64,000 nucleotides of DNA, from positions 2,133 to 66,132 of the forward strand of contig DATCYP010000095.1 of the NCBI GenBank assembly GCA_036526375.1, read 5' to 3'. The stretch comes from Gaiellaceae bacterium. GTDB lineage: Bacteria; Actinomycetota; Thermoleophilia; Gaiellales; Gaiellaceae. A model generated the notes under the pieces. It was given only the letters and a program-made list of their open reading frames with translations, searched no databases and was not told where the DNA came from. Shown here piece by piece: positions 37,269-46,202 of this stretch. Positions within the stretch are counted from its first letter, which is position 1, and the number at the start of each line of letters is the position of its first letter. Both the position numbers and the translations under genes were made by a program.

Positions 37269-38270
37269 ATGAGAGCCAAGATCGCCATCGCGCTCGGGAT
37301 CGTGTACGTCGTCTGGGGATCGACGTATCTTGCGATCGCCGTCGCCGACCGGACGCTGCCGCCGCTGCTCATGCTCGCCGTGCGGTTCGGGCTCGCCGGT
37401 GGGCTCCTCTACGCGTGGTCCGCCTGGCGCGGCGACGTCCGCGCCGCGCGGCCGGGACGGCGTGAATGGACCTCCGCGGCGGTCGTCGGCGGGCTGCTCC
37501 TCTTCGTCGACACCGGCGGCATCGCCTGGGCCGAGCAGCGCGTCGCCTCGGGCCTGACCGCGCTGCTCGTCGCGACCGTGCCGCTGTTCACGGCGCTGCT
37601 CGACCGCACGTTCTTCGGCATTCGGCTCTCTCTCGGCGGACTGGCCGGAATCGCCGCGGGCCTGCTTGGCGTCGCGCTGCTGGTCGGCCAGAGCGGACAC
37701 GTCGATCCGGTCGGCGCCGCCGTCATCCTCGGCGCCGCGGTCGCGTGGGCGGCCGGCTCGGCCTACGGGCGCGTCGCGCCGCTGCCGCGGCCGCCCTTCC
37801 TCTCGGCGGCGATGCAGATGCTCTGCGCCGCGGCGTTCCTCGCCGTCGCCGGATCGGCGATGGGCGAACTCGGCCGCGTGCATCCGGCTGCGATCTCGGC
37901 GGGCTCGGCCGCTGCGTTCGCCTTCCTCGTCGTCTTCGGCTCGATCGTCGCCTTCACCGCGTACGGCTGGCTGCTGCGGAGCGGAGCGTCCAGCGTCCTC
38001 GTCTCGACGTACGCCTACGTCAATCCGGCGGTGGCCGTCGTGCTCGGTTGGGCGCTCGCCGGCGAAGCCGTCGGGGGCCGCGAGCTCGCCGCAGGCGCGG
38101 TGATCGTCGGCTCGGTCGGGATGCTCGTCCTCGCCCGCAAGCCGCACGAGCGTCGCGAGGCGGAGCCGACGCCGGAGACGGTCGAGCCGTACCTGCGGGA
38201 GAAGGAGGCACAGGAAGGCCCCGTCCAGCCGGTGCCGCGACTGGCCGACCTCCGCCGCATGGCGCCCTGA
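37269..38270 (+). CDS. EamA/DMT family transporter
   Basis: Ten hydrophobic segments and duplicated EamA-type halves; 333 aa. Confidence 0.8.
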   Translation: MRAKIAIALGIVYVVWGSTYLAIAVADRTLPPLLMLAVRFGLAGGLLYAWSAWRGDVRAARPGRREWTSAAVVGGLLLFVDTGGIAWAEQRVASGLTALLVATVPLFTALLDRTFFGIRLSLGGLAGIAAGLLGVALLVGQSGHVDPVGAAVILGAAVAWAAGSAYGRVAPLPRPPFLSAAMQMLCAAAFLAVAGSAMGELGRVHPAAISAGSAAAFAFLVVFGSIVAFTAYGWLLRSGASSVLVSTYAYVNPAVAVVLGWALAGEAVGGRELAAGAVIVGSVGMLVLARKPHERREAEPTPETVEPYLREKEAQEGPVQPVPRLADLRRMAP

Positions 38271-38289
38271 GCGGCAGTCCTCGCGGCGC

Positions 38290-38295
38290 TACCGT
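38290..38295 (+). promoter_or_regulatory. -10-like TANNNT box (TACCGT) for yceD-like gene
   Basis: Lies 6 nt before ATG 38302. Confidence 0.4.
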
Positions 38296-38301
38296 GGCGG
38301 C

Positions 38302-38805
38302 ATGACCACGTTCGACCTCCGCACGCTGCGACTGCGCTCCGGCGACCAGGCTCGCGAGCGCGTCGAGATCGAGCTCGAGCCGCTCGTGCTCGGCGGCCAG
38401 GCCTACGAGCCGCGGCCGAATCCCGCACCCGCAGAGCTCGCGATCACCCGCGCGTCGAGCGGCACCGTCCTCGAGCTTGCGTTCGACGTGCGGCTCGAGG
38501 GCCCGTGCTTCCGCTGCCTCACGGACGCCGAGCTGCCGGTCGAGCTCCGGCTCCGCGAGTACGAGGCGACGAAGCCCGAGAGCGACGACGAGCGGACGGA
38601 GTACCTCGACGACGACCGGCTCGACCTCTCCGCGTGGGCGCACGACGCGATCGCGCTCGCGCTGCCGGACAAGATCCTCTGCCGTCCCGACTGCGCCGGG
38701 CTCTGCCCGGTCTGCGGCAAGGATCTGAACGCCGAGCCGCACGAGCACGTGGAGGAGCGCGTCGATCCGCGGTGGGAGAAGCTCAGCGAGTTGCGGCAGG
38801 AATGA
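38302..38805 (+). CDS. YceD/DUF177 family ribosome-maturation protein
   Basis: CFRCL...CRPDCAGLCPVCGKDLN Cys motifs. Usual partner of rpmF. Confidence 0.85.
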   Translation: MTTFDLRTLRLRSGDQARERVEIELEPLVLGGQAYEPRPNPAPAELAITRASSGTVLELAFDVRLEGPCFRCLTDAELPVELRLREYEATKPESDDERTEYLDDDRLDLSAWAHDAIALALPDKILCRPDCAGLCPVCGKDLNAEPHEHVEERVDPRWEKLSELRQE

Positions 38806-39457
38806 CGAACGGCGTCGTCGTGGTCATAGCGACGAATCCGTTCCGCTCGAGGATCGGCCGGCTCGTCGGCAGCGCGTCCGAGTAGAGCCAGCGGTAGCCG
38901 CGCTCGCGCGCGAGCTCCGCGCGCTTCGCCACGGTCGCCCGGTACAGGCCGCGCCCGCGGTATTCCGGCAGCGTGACTCCGCCGAAGAGACCGGCGAACT
39001 CGACGCCGTTCTCGAGGTCGACGCGTCCGCCGGAGACCGGCTCGCCGTCGACGTACGCGACGACGGCGACCGCGTTGTCGTGGAGTCCCGAGCCCTGCCC
39101 GCGTCCGAACACGCGCTCGGCGAGCTCGAGGAACACGTCGGTCTCCTCCCGCAGGTCGACGTCGGCAGGTGGGGGCGGGATCGAGGCCGCCTCGGCGACG
39201 ACGACGGTCTCCTCGTCCTCTGGCACCAGTCCCGCAGCGAGCAGGCGTTCCCGCAGCTCCGGCCCGTCGTGGGAGTAGTACTTCCACTCGACCCAGCCCG
39301 GCAGCTCGCGCATTCGCGCGACGAGCGGCTCGACGTCCGCCGGGTCGTCCGGCCGCCAGAGCACCGCGCTCCAGCCGTCGCTGACGAACAGGCACTCCGG
39401 CGCCGCCCTGCGCCGCATCTGCTCGTCGAAGAGCTCCAGGATCTCGGTCGTGTCCAC
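38783..39457 (-). CDS. GNAT family N-acetyltransferase
   Basis: 224 aa. YRGRGLYRATVAKRAELARERGY motif. Its 3' end overlaps the yceD 3' end by 23 nt. Confidence 0.75.
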   Translation of the reverse strand: MDTTEILELFDEQMRRRAAPECLFVSDGWSAVLWRPDDPADVEPLVARMRELPGWVEWKYYSHDGPELRERLLAAGLVPEDEETVVVAEAASIPPPPADVDLREETDVFLELAERVFGRGQGSGLHDNAVAVVAYVDGEPVSGGRVDLENGVEFAGLFGGVTLPEYRGRGLYRATVAKRAELARERGYRWLYSDALPTSRPILERNGFVAMTTTTPFVIPAATR

Positions 39458-39463
39458 GGGCGC

Positions 39464-39469
39464 AGGCTA
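39464..39469 (-). promoter_or_regulatory. -10-like TANNNT box (TAGCCT) for GNAT gene
   Basis: Lies 6 nt before GTG 39457. Shares its TA (39468-39469) with the rpmF box. Confidence 0.4.
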
Positions 39470-39473
39470 TAGT
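39468..39473 (+). promoter_or_regulatory. -10-like TANNNT box (TATAGT) for rpmF
   Basis: Lies 11 nt before ATG 39485. No Shine-Dalgarno. Confidence 0.45.
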
Positions 39474-39484
39474 GGCCCGCGCCC

Positions 39485-39673
39485 ATGGCTGTCCCGAAGC
39501 GGAAAACCTCGAAGTCGCGCCGTGACAAGCGGCGTGCGACGCACGCGATCAGCGCGCCGAAGGTCAACGTCTGCCCGACGTGCGGCCAGCCGAAGCGCCC
39601 GCACCGCGTCTGCCCGACCTGCGGCACCTACAAGGGCCGCGAGGTCGAGCCGCTCCGCGTCAACGCTCCGTAA
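39485..39673 (+). CDS. rpmF: 50S ribosomal protein L32
   Basis: [17 protein letters not shown]...CPTCG...CPTCG; 62 aa. Confidence 0.95.
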   Translation: MAVPKRKTSKSRRDKRRATHAISAPKVNVCPTCGQPKRPHRVCPTCGTYKGREVEPLRVNAP

Positions 39674-39676
39674 GCT
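39671..39676 (+). promoter_or_regulatory. -10-like TANNNT box (TAAGCT) built on the rpmF stop codon
   Basis: TAA plus GCT lies 7 nt before ATG 39684. Confidence 0.3.
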
Positions 39677-39683
39677 CCAGCGC

Positions 39684-40655
39684 ATGACCCGCATCGCGGT
39701 CGACGCGATGGGAGGAGATCGCGGCCCTGCGGCTGTCGTCGAGGGCGCTCTCTCCACGCGCCCAGATGGGATCGAGCCGATTCTCTTCGGCTCGGCCGAC
39801 CTCGAGACGGGCGACCTCGAGCTCGTCCCGACGACGCAGGTCGTGGGCATGGACGAGAAGCCCGCGGATGCGTTCCGGACGAAGGCCGACAGCTCGCTTG
39901 TCCGCGCGGTCAAGGCCGTCGCGGACGGGGAGGCCGACGCGGTCGTGTCCCCGGGGAACACGGGAGCGATGCTCGCCGCGGGCCTCGTCCTGCTGCGGCG
40001 TGTCCCCGGCGTGCGCCGCCCCGCGATCGCGGTGCCGATCCCGGCCAAGAAGGGCCCGTCGGTCCTGATCGACGCCGGGGCGAACGCCGACTGCCGCGCC
40101 GAGCACCTGCTCCAGTTCGCGACGATGGGTGCCGTCTTCGCCGAGGAGATCCTCGGCATCGCCAGGCCGCAGGTGCGGCTCCTCTCGATCGGCGAGGAGC
40201 CGGAGAAGGGGAACCAGCTCGCGCTCGAGGCCCATGAGCTCCTCGCCGCCTCCGACCTCGACTTCCGCGGCAACGCCGAGGGCCGCGACGTCCTCGAGGG
40301 CGCCGCGGACGTCCTCGTCACCGACGGCTTCACGGGCAACGTCGCGCTCAAGGCGGTCGAGGGGACGATCCGCACCCTGCTCGACTCGCTGCGGGAGGAG
40401 ATCACGGCCACGACAGCGGGGACGCTCGGCGGCCTCCTCATCCGTCCCGCCTCCCGGCGCCTGCGTGCGCGCCTCGATCCTGACACGTACGGAGGCGCCT
40501 ACCTCCTCGGCCTGCGGGGGCTCGTCGTCATCGCGCACGGCAACTCGTCGGCGACCGCGATCGCCAACGCGATCCGGCTCGCCGCCCGCGGCGTCGACCA
40601 CGACGTCGTAGGCCGCCTCGCCTCGCGCCTGCCGCAGAAGGCGGAGATTGTATGA
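39684..40655 (+). CDS. plsX: phosphate acyltransferase PlsX
   Basis: [16 protein letters not shown] and TDGFTGN motifs. Confidence 0.95.
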   Translation: MTRIAVDAMGGDRGPAAVVEGALSTRPDGIEPILFGSADLETGDLELVPTTQVVGMDEKPADAFRTKADSSLVRAVKAVADGEADAVVSPGNTGAMLAAGLVLLRRVPGVRRPAIAVPIPAKKGPSVLIDAGANADCRAEHLLQFATMGAVFAEEILGIARPQVRLLSIGEEPEKGNQLALEAHELLAASDLDFRGNAEGRDVLEGAADVLVTDGFTGNVALKAVEGTIRTLLDSLREEITATTAGTLGGLLIRPASRRLRARLDPDTYGGAYLLGLRGLVVIAHGNSSATAIANAIRLAARGVDHDVVGRLASRLPQKAEIV

Positions 40656-40690
40656 TCGGCGCGCTTCGGCCCCCGACACAACGAGGTGAC

Positions 40691-40936
40691 ATGGCAGCGT
40701 CGCGCGAGGAAGTCTACGAGCGGGTCAAGGAGGTCCTGACCGAGCAGCTCGGCATCGACGAGGCGGACATCACGGAGGAGGCTTCCTTCCAGGAGGATCT
40801 CGACGCCGACTCTCTCGACCTCGTCGAGCTGATCATGGAGCTCGAGGACCAGTTCGGGATCAAGATCTCGGACGAGGACGCGCAGAAGATCCAGACCGTC
40901 GGCCAGGCCGTCGACTACGTCACTTCGCACCAGTAG
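40691..40936 (+). CDS. acpP: acyl carrier protein
   Basis: [16 protein letters not shown] phosphopantetheine site. GAGG-like SD before ATG 40691. Confidence 0.95.
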   Translation: MAASREEVYERVKEVLTEQLGIDEADITEEASFQEDLDADSLDLVELIMELEDQFGIKISDEDAQKIQTVGQAVDYVTSHQ

Positions 40937-40959
40937 CCGCGGACTCCGACCTCGCGCAG

Positions 40960-41625
40960 CTGATCGACGAGCTCCCGCCGGAGCTGGCGCAGCATGTCTT
41001 CACGCATACGTCGTGGGCGAGCGAGCGTAGCGCCTCCTACGAGCGGCTCGAGTTCCTCGGCGACAGCGTGCTCGAGCTGGCCGTCGCGCACGCGCTCTTC
41101 GTCCGCCATCCGGATTTCTCCGAGGGGAAGCTCGCGAAGGTGCGCTCCCACGTCGTCTCGCGCGCGACGTGCGCGGAGGTGGCGCGCGAGCTCGAGCTCG
41201 GGCGCAGGCTCGTGGAGCACGCGGATTTCTCGCAGACGGACGAGGAGACCGAGCGGCTCTCGCGGAACCGCAACGTCCTCGCGGCCGTCATCGAGGCTGC
41301 CCTGGGCGCGCTCTTCCTCGAGCACGGCTTCGCCGCGATCGAGGAGGCGGTCGTCGCAGCGTTCTCGAAGCAGATCGAGCACGCGCTCACGACGCGCGTC
41401 GACCACAAGACCGACCTGCAGGAGCTGCTCGCCCGCACCGGGCGCCACGTGACGTACACGGAGATCTCCGTCGAAGGGCCGCCGCACGAGCGGCGCTTCA
41501 CGTGCGCCGCGATCATCGGTGGCGAGGAGCTTGGACGGGGCGACGGCCGGACGAAGAAGGCCGCCGAGCAGGAGGCCGCCCGCGAGGCGCTCTCGAAGCT
41601 CGACAGCGGCGAGGGCGAGGAGTAG
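40960..41625 (+). CDS. rnc: ribonuclease III (start codon unresolved; CTG 40960 used provisionally)
   Basis: ERLEFLGDSVLELAV signature and a dsRBD C-terminus. The signature begins upstream of the first canonical start (GTG 41068). Confidence 0.85.
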   Translation: MIDELPPELAQHVFTHTSWASERSASYERLEFLGDSVLELAVAHALFVRHPDFSEGKLAKVRSHVVSRATCAEVARELELGRRLVEHADFSQTDEETERLSRNRNVLAAVIEAALGALFLEHGFAAIEEAVVAAFSKQIEHALTTRVDHKTDLQELLARTGRHVTYTEISVEGPPHERRFTCAAIIGGEELGRGDGRTKKAAEQEAAREALSKLDSGEGEE

Positions 41626-41628
41626 CGT
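41623..41628 (+). promoter_or_regulatory. -10-like TANNNT box (TAGCGT) built on the rnc stop codon
   Basis: TAG plus CGT lies 7 nt before GTG 41636. Confidence 0.3.
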
Positions 41629-41635
41629 CGCGCAC

Positions 41636-42436
41636 GTGCCGGACTTCGCGCTCCTGAAGCAGATGCAGTCCGCCGCGTGGTCGGCGGGCGCATTCGAGGA
41701 CGTCGCCGAGTCGATCCACGACATGCACGTCGCGGTCGTCGAGGCGCTCGGTCCGCAGCCGGGCGACCGGTGGCTCGACGTCGGCTGCGGCGCGGGCAAC
41801 CTCGCCGAGCTCGCCGCGGGCGGCGGAGCGCGGGTCACGGGAATCGACCTTTCGCCGCGCCTGATCGACGTCGCCAGGGCACGCGCCGAGGCCGGCGGGC
41901 ACGACATCGAGTACCGCGTCGGGGATGCCGAGAGCCTCGATGTCGAGGACGCGAGCTTCGACAAGGTGAGCTCTTCCGTCGCGATGATCTTCGCTCCCGA
42001 CCACGATGCCGTCGCCCGCGAGGTCGCGCGGGTGACCAGGCCGGGCGGCCGCCTCGCGTTCTCCGCCTGGACGCCCGAGGGCACGGTCGGAGAGATGTTC
42101 AGGGTGTTCGCCGCCTTCCAGCCGCCGCTCCCACCGGGCGCGGGCGCGCCGGTCGCGTGGGGTAGGGAGGAGTACGTCCGGGAGAAGCTTGGAAGCGCGT
42201 TCGAGCTGACGATCGAGCGGCGGATCTCCCGCCACGAGGACGAGTCCCCCGAGCACGCCTGGGAGTACTTCGCGCCGCGCTTCGGGCCGGTCAAGACGAT
42301 GCTCGAGAATCTCGACCCCGACCGCCGTACGGCGTTCGAGCTGGCGGCGCGCGAGCACTTCGAGCGCGGGCGGCAGCCCGACGGGCGGTTCCTCGACGAA
42401 CGCGAGTACCTGCTCGTCACCGGCACGCGGCGCTAG
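41636..42436 (+). CDS. class I SAM-dependent methyltransferase
   Basis: WLDVGCGAGN motif I and a PGGRLAFSAW post-motif. Confidence 0.75.
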   Translation: MPDFALLKQMQSAAWSAGAFEDVAESIHDMHVAVVEALGPQPGDRWLDVGCGAGNLAELAAGGGARVTGIDLSPRLIDVARARAEAGGHDIEYRVGDAESLDVEDASFDKVSSSVAMIFAPDHDAVAREVARVTRPGGRLAFSAWTPEGTVGEMFRVFAAFQPPLPPGAGAPVAWGREEYVREKLGSAFELTIERRISRHEDESPEHAWEYFAPRFGPVKTMLENLDPDRRTAFELAAREHFERGRQPDGRFLDEREYLLVTGTRR

Positions 42437-42487
42437 CGTCGCCCGTCTCACGGCTGCGCCGGGATTTCTGGCATCCTGGGCGGCCTC

Positions 42488-42649
42488 ATGGCTGAACGGC
42501 GGCCCACGAACTCCGAGCTGCGCCTGCGGCGGCTCACGGCGGAGGAGCTCGACTCCGAGCCGCGCGGGATCCTCGAGATCTTCCCCGACGACGAGCCGGT
42601 CGACGAGGACGCACCGCTCGCGCGCGACGACGCCCAGCACGACCGGTAG
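42488..42649 (+). CDS. putative 53-aa acidic small protein (absent from ORF track)
   Basis: MAERRPTNSELRLRRLTAEELDSEPRGILEIFPDDEPVDEDAPLARDDAQHDR followed by TAG TAG. 50 of 53 codons end in G/C. Confidence 0.5.
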   Translation: MAERRPTNSELRLRRLTAEELDSEPRGILEIFPDDEPVDEDAPLARDDAQHDR

Positions 42650-42668
42650 TAGCGTCCTCCCGCGTCTT

Positions 42669-42674
42669 TAGGGT
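42669..42674 (+). promoter_or_regulatory. -10-like TANNNT box (TAGGGT) for smc
   Basis: Lies 8 nt before GTG 42683. Confidence 0.4.
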
Positions 42675-42682
42675 GCGCAGCG

Positions 42683-45600
42683 GTGCATCTGCGCGCCGTC
42701 AAGCTGCGTGGCTTCAAGTCGTTCCCCGACCCGGTCGAGATCCGTCTCGAGCCGGGCGTCGGCGTGATCGTCGGGCCGAACGGCTCCGGCAAGTCGAACG
42801 TCTCCGACGCCATCCGCTGGGCCGCCGGCTCCCTCAGCCCGACGGAGCTGCGGGCCGAGAAGCCCGACGACGTCCTCTTCGCCGGCGGCGGCTCGCGTGG
42901 GCCGGCCGACTTCTGCGAGGTCGAGCTCCTCTTCGACAACGCGGACGGGGCGTTGCCGGTCGACTACGCGGAGCTCTCGGTCGCGCGCCGGCTGCACCGC
43001 GGCGGCGAGGGGCAGTACCTCGTCAACCGTGCGGCGGTGCGGCGGCTCGACCTCGTGGAGCTCCTCGCCGATCTCGGGCTCGGCCAGGGGATGCACTCGA
43101 TCATCAGCCAGGGGAAGGTCGAGGCGATCCTCGCGTCGCGGCCCGCCGAGCGGCGGGCGCTGATCGAGGAGGCCGCGGGGCTCGGGCGCTTCAAGGCCCG
43201 TCGCCATCGCGCCGAGCTGAAGCTCGCGCGGGTCGCCGTCGAGGTCGAGCGCGCCCGCGACGTCGAGGCGGAGGTCCGGAAGCGGCTCCGGCCGCTGGCG
43301 CTCCAGGCGACGGCGGCCGAACGCGCGCAGAAGCTCGCAGTCGAGATTGCACGCCTGCGGGCGCGCATCGCGCAGCTCGATCTCGCGGGACTCGAGGAGC
43401 GGCTCGCGGAGCTCGAGACACGGCGCGCAACCGCCGCCGGCGGGCGGCGCGGAGTGGAGGAGAGGCTCGAGGCGCTGCTCGCCGAGCGCGGGCGCGCCGA
43501 GGAGGAGCTCGCGGACGCTGCGGGCGCGCGCGAGCAGGCGCTGCAGGCTCTGTACCGGCTCCGGAGCGCGGTGGAACGTCTCGAGCTGCGGCGCGAGTCG
43601 GCGACGTCGCTGGTGGCCGAGACACGGGCGCGGCACGAGTCGGCCGCAGCCGAGGCCGGCGATCCCGCGGTCGAGCTCGCGGACCTAGAGCGCGCTTCCG
43701 AGAGCGCGGCCGCGACCGCGCAGGCGGCGGCGGTGGAGCGGGAGGCGTCCGCGGAGCGCGCTCGCCGGGCTCTGACGCTCCTGCTCGTCGCCGAGGTCGA
43801 AGAGCGGCGCGGGCAGGAGGCCCGGCTGGACGAGCTCCTCGCGGAACGGCGCGGCATCGAGGGGGAGCTGACGGGCGCGGCCGGCGAGCGCGAAGCGGCA
43901 CTCGCGGTCTCCTACGAGCTCCGCTCACGAGTCGCGGGGCTCTCGGTGCAGCGGGAGTCCGCGGAGCGGCTCGCAGTCCGGCTCCGCGCCGACCTCGCCG
44001 ACGCCGAGGCCGAGGCTGCCCGCGGCGGACCCTCGCCGCGCGATCTCGAGCAAGAGGCTCTGGCGGCGCGCGCGCGGGCCCGGGAGGCGCTGCACGAGCG
44101 GGACACGCTCGCCGAACGGGCGCGGACCGCGGCCGAGCGGCTCGTGGCGCTCGAGCTGTCCCTGGCCGAGCGTGAGGGGATTCCGCCGGCAGCCCGGGCG
44201 CTCGCCGAGGAAGGCGAGCGGCTCGTGCTCGCCGAGATCGAGGTCGAGGAGGGGCGCGAGCGCGCGGTCGCCGCCGCGCTCGGGCCGCGGGCGGCGGCTC
44301 TCCTGGCCGACGACGCCGAGGCGGCTCTCGCGCTGCTCGAGCGGGCGGCTGCACTCGGGCTCGGCTCGCTCGTGGTCGTCGCCGGACGGAACCCACGCGA
44401 CCTCGTGGCCGATCTCCCGGTCGTCGAGCGCGACGAGCTGCTCGCGTCGGCGACGCCCGCCGTGACCGCCGACGGCTTCGGCTACGACCCGAGCACCGGC
44501 GAGCTCTGGTACGCGGGCGAGACCGCCGAGGCAGTCCTCCTCGAGCTCGACGTGCGGCGGCGCGCGCTTGCCGACGAGGCGAAGACGCTCGCGGAGCAGG
44601 CCCGGTTCGCCGAGCGGAAGGCGACCGAGGCGGACGAACGGGCCGTCGCCGCCGAGAGCGCGTTCGCGGCCGTGGCGCCGCGGCTCGCGATCCGCCGCGC
44701 CGACCCGGGGACTCTTTCGGCCCTGGCCACCGCAGCCCGTCGTCTCGAGCAGGCGCTGACGGGACTCGACCCACGTGTCGAGCGGATCGAGGCTCCTCTG
44801 CGGGCTCGCGGCGAGGCGGGCGCGGAGCGCACCGGCGAGCTCGGCGAGCGGCTGCGGACGATCGCCGAGAGTGAAGCCGCGCTGCGGCGCGAGCTCGCGG
44901 AGGCCGCCGAGCGCATCGCCGGGGCCGAGCGCGATCTGCTGCGGCTCGGCGGCGGGCCGGTGGCCGCCGACGCCGAGGCAGGAGACGCCGTTTCGCTCCG
45001 GACGGAGGCGCAGTCGCTCGTCGCCGCCGCCGACGCCGCGGCACTCCGTGCGAGCGAGGCCGGCGAGAGCGCGCGCGCCGCGGAGACGGCGCGCATCGAC
45101 GCCGCGGTGCGAGCCGGCCGCCGCCGGGCCCGGCCGCACGAGCTCGCGCGCGTCGTCGGCGCGGCCGAGCGGCTCGACTCCGCGCTCCTCGCCACAGCGG
45201 CTGCAGCCGCCCGCTTCGAGTCGCCGCTCCGCGAGGACGTGGACGCAGGCGCCGCGCGCAGCGGCGAGCTCGGCGCGGAACTGCGTCGGCTCGGCGCCGC
45301 CGAGGTCGAGCTGCGGCAGGAGCTCGCCGCCGCAGCCGAGGCCGTCTCCGCCCTCGAGGTCGAGGCTGCCCGGCTCGACGCCGAGGCCGACGAGGCGCGC
45401 CGGCGCTTCGAGCACGCCAGCTCAACGCTGGAAGCGTCGGCGGCCGAGCGGCCGACGCCCGGCGGGAAGACCGCGCCCTCGGCGCCTAGGGACGAGCCGG
45501 CAGAAGGGGACGACCGCGAGCAGCTCGTCGCCACCGCCGAACGCCTCGAGCGCCGCCGCGAGACGCTCGGCCAGGTCAACCCGTTCGCGCAGGAGGAATA

Positions 45601-46192
45601 TGAGGCCGAGAAGGTGCGACTCGAGGAGCTCGCGACGCAGCGGGCTGACCTCGAGGACAGCCTCACCGAGCTCGAGAAGCTCCGCAACGAGCTGACGGAG
45701 ACGGTCGAACGCCGCTTCGCCGAGACGTTCGACGCCGTGCGGCGGCATTTCTCCGACGTGACGGCGACGGTCTTCCCGGGCGGCGAGGGGCGCCTCCGGC
45801 TGACCGAGGCGGACGAGGACGAGGACGAACCGGGCGTCGAGGTCGAGCTGCGTCCCGCCGGCAAGCGGGTGCAGCGGCTGTCGCTGCTCTCGGGCGGCGA
45901 GAAGGCGCTCGGCGCGATCGCGTTCCTCTTCGCGCTCTTCCTCGCTCGGCCGTGCCCGTTCTACCTCCTCGACGAGGTCGAGGCTGCGCTCGACGACACG
46001 AACATCGGGCGCTTCGTCGAGCTGCTCCGCCGTTACTCCGACCGGGCCCAGTTCGTCGTGATCACGCACCAGAAGCGGACGATGGAGGCCGCCGACGTCC
46101 TCTACGGCGTGACGATGGGCGGCGAGGGCGTCTCGCAGGTCGTCTCGCGCCGCCTGCCGCGGGAGGAAGCGAAGCTCGCGGGCGCCGCCTAG
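42683..46192 (+). CDS. smc: chromosome segregation protein SMC
   Basis: 1169 aa. GPNGSGKSN Walker A, long A/E/R coiled coils, hinge, LSGGEK signature, LLDEVEAALD Walker B. Confidence 0.95.
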   Translation: MHLRAVKLRGFKSFPDPVEIRLEPGVGVIVGPNGSGKSNVSDAIRWAAGSLSPTELRAEKPDDVLFAGGGSRGPADFCEVELLFDNADGALPVDYAELSVARRLHRGGEGQYLVNRAAVRRLDLVELLADLGLGQGMHSIISQGKVEAILASRPAERRALIEEAAGLGRFKARRHRAELKLARVAVEVERARDVEAEVRKRLRPLALQATAAERAQKLAVEIARLRARIAQLDLAGLEERLAELETRRATAAGGRRGVEERLEALLAERGRAEEELADAAGAREQALQALYRLRSAVERLELRRESATSLVAETRARHESAAAEAGDPAVELADLERASESAAATAQAAAVEREASAERARRALTLLLVAEVEERRGQEARLDELLAERRGIEGELTGAAGEREAALAVSYELRSRVAGLSVQRESAERLAVRLRADLADAEAEAARGGPSPRDLEQEALAARARAREALHERDTLAERARTAAERLVALELSLAEREGIPPAARALAEEGERLVLAEIEVEEGRERAVAAALGPRAAALLADDAEAALALLERAAALGLGSLVVVAGRNPRDLVADLPVVERDELLASATPAVTADGFGYDPSTGELWYAGETAEAVLLELDVRRRALADEAKTLAEQARFAERKATEADERAVAAESAFAAVAPRLAIRRADPGTLSALATAARRLEQALTGLDPRVERIEAPLRARGEAGAERTGELGERLRTIAESEAALRRELAEAAERIAGAERDLLRLGGGPVAADAEAGDAVSLRTEAQSLVAAADAAALRASEAGESARAAETARIDAAVRAGRRRARPHELARVVGAAERLDSALLATAAAAARFESPLREDVDAGAARSGELGAELRRLGAAEVELRQELAAAAEAVSALEVEAARLDAEADEARRRFEHASSTLEASAAERPTPGGKTAPSAPRDEPAEGDDREQLVATAERLERRRETLGQVNPFAQEEYEAEKVRLEELATQRADLEDSLTELEKLRNELTETVERRFAETFDAVRRHFSDVTATVFPGGEGRLRLTEADEDEDEPGVEVELRPAGKRVQRLSLLSGGEKALGAIAFLFALFLARPCPFYLLDEVEAALDDTNIGRFVELLRRYSDRAQFVVITHQKRTMEAADVLYGVTMGGEGVSQVVSRRLPREEAKLAGAA

Positions 46193-46195
46193 GCT
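46190..46195 (+). promoter_or_regulatory. -10-like TANNNT box (TAGGCT) built on the smc stop codon
   Basis: TAG plus GCT lies 7 nt before GTG 46203. Confidence 0.35.
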
Positions 46196-46202
46196 CCCGT
46201 CC

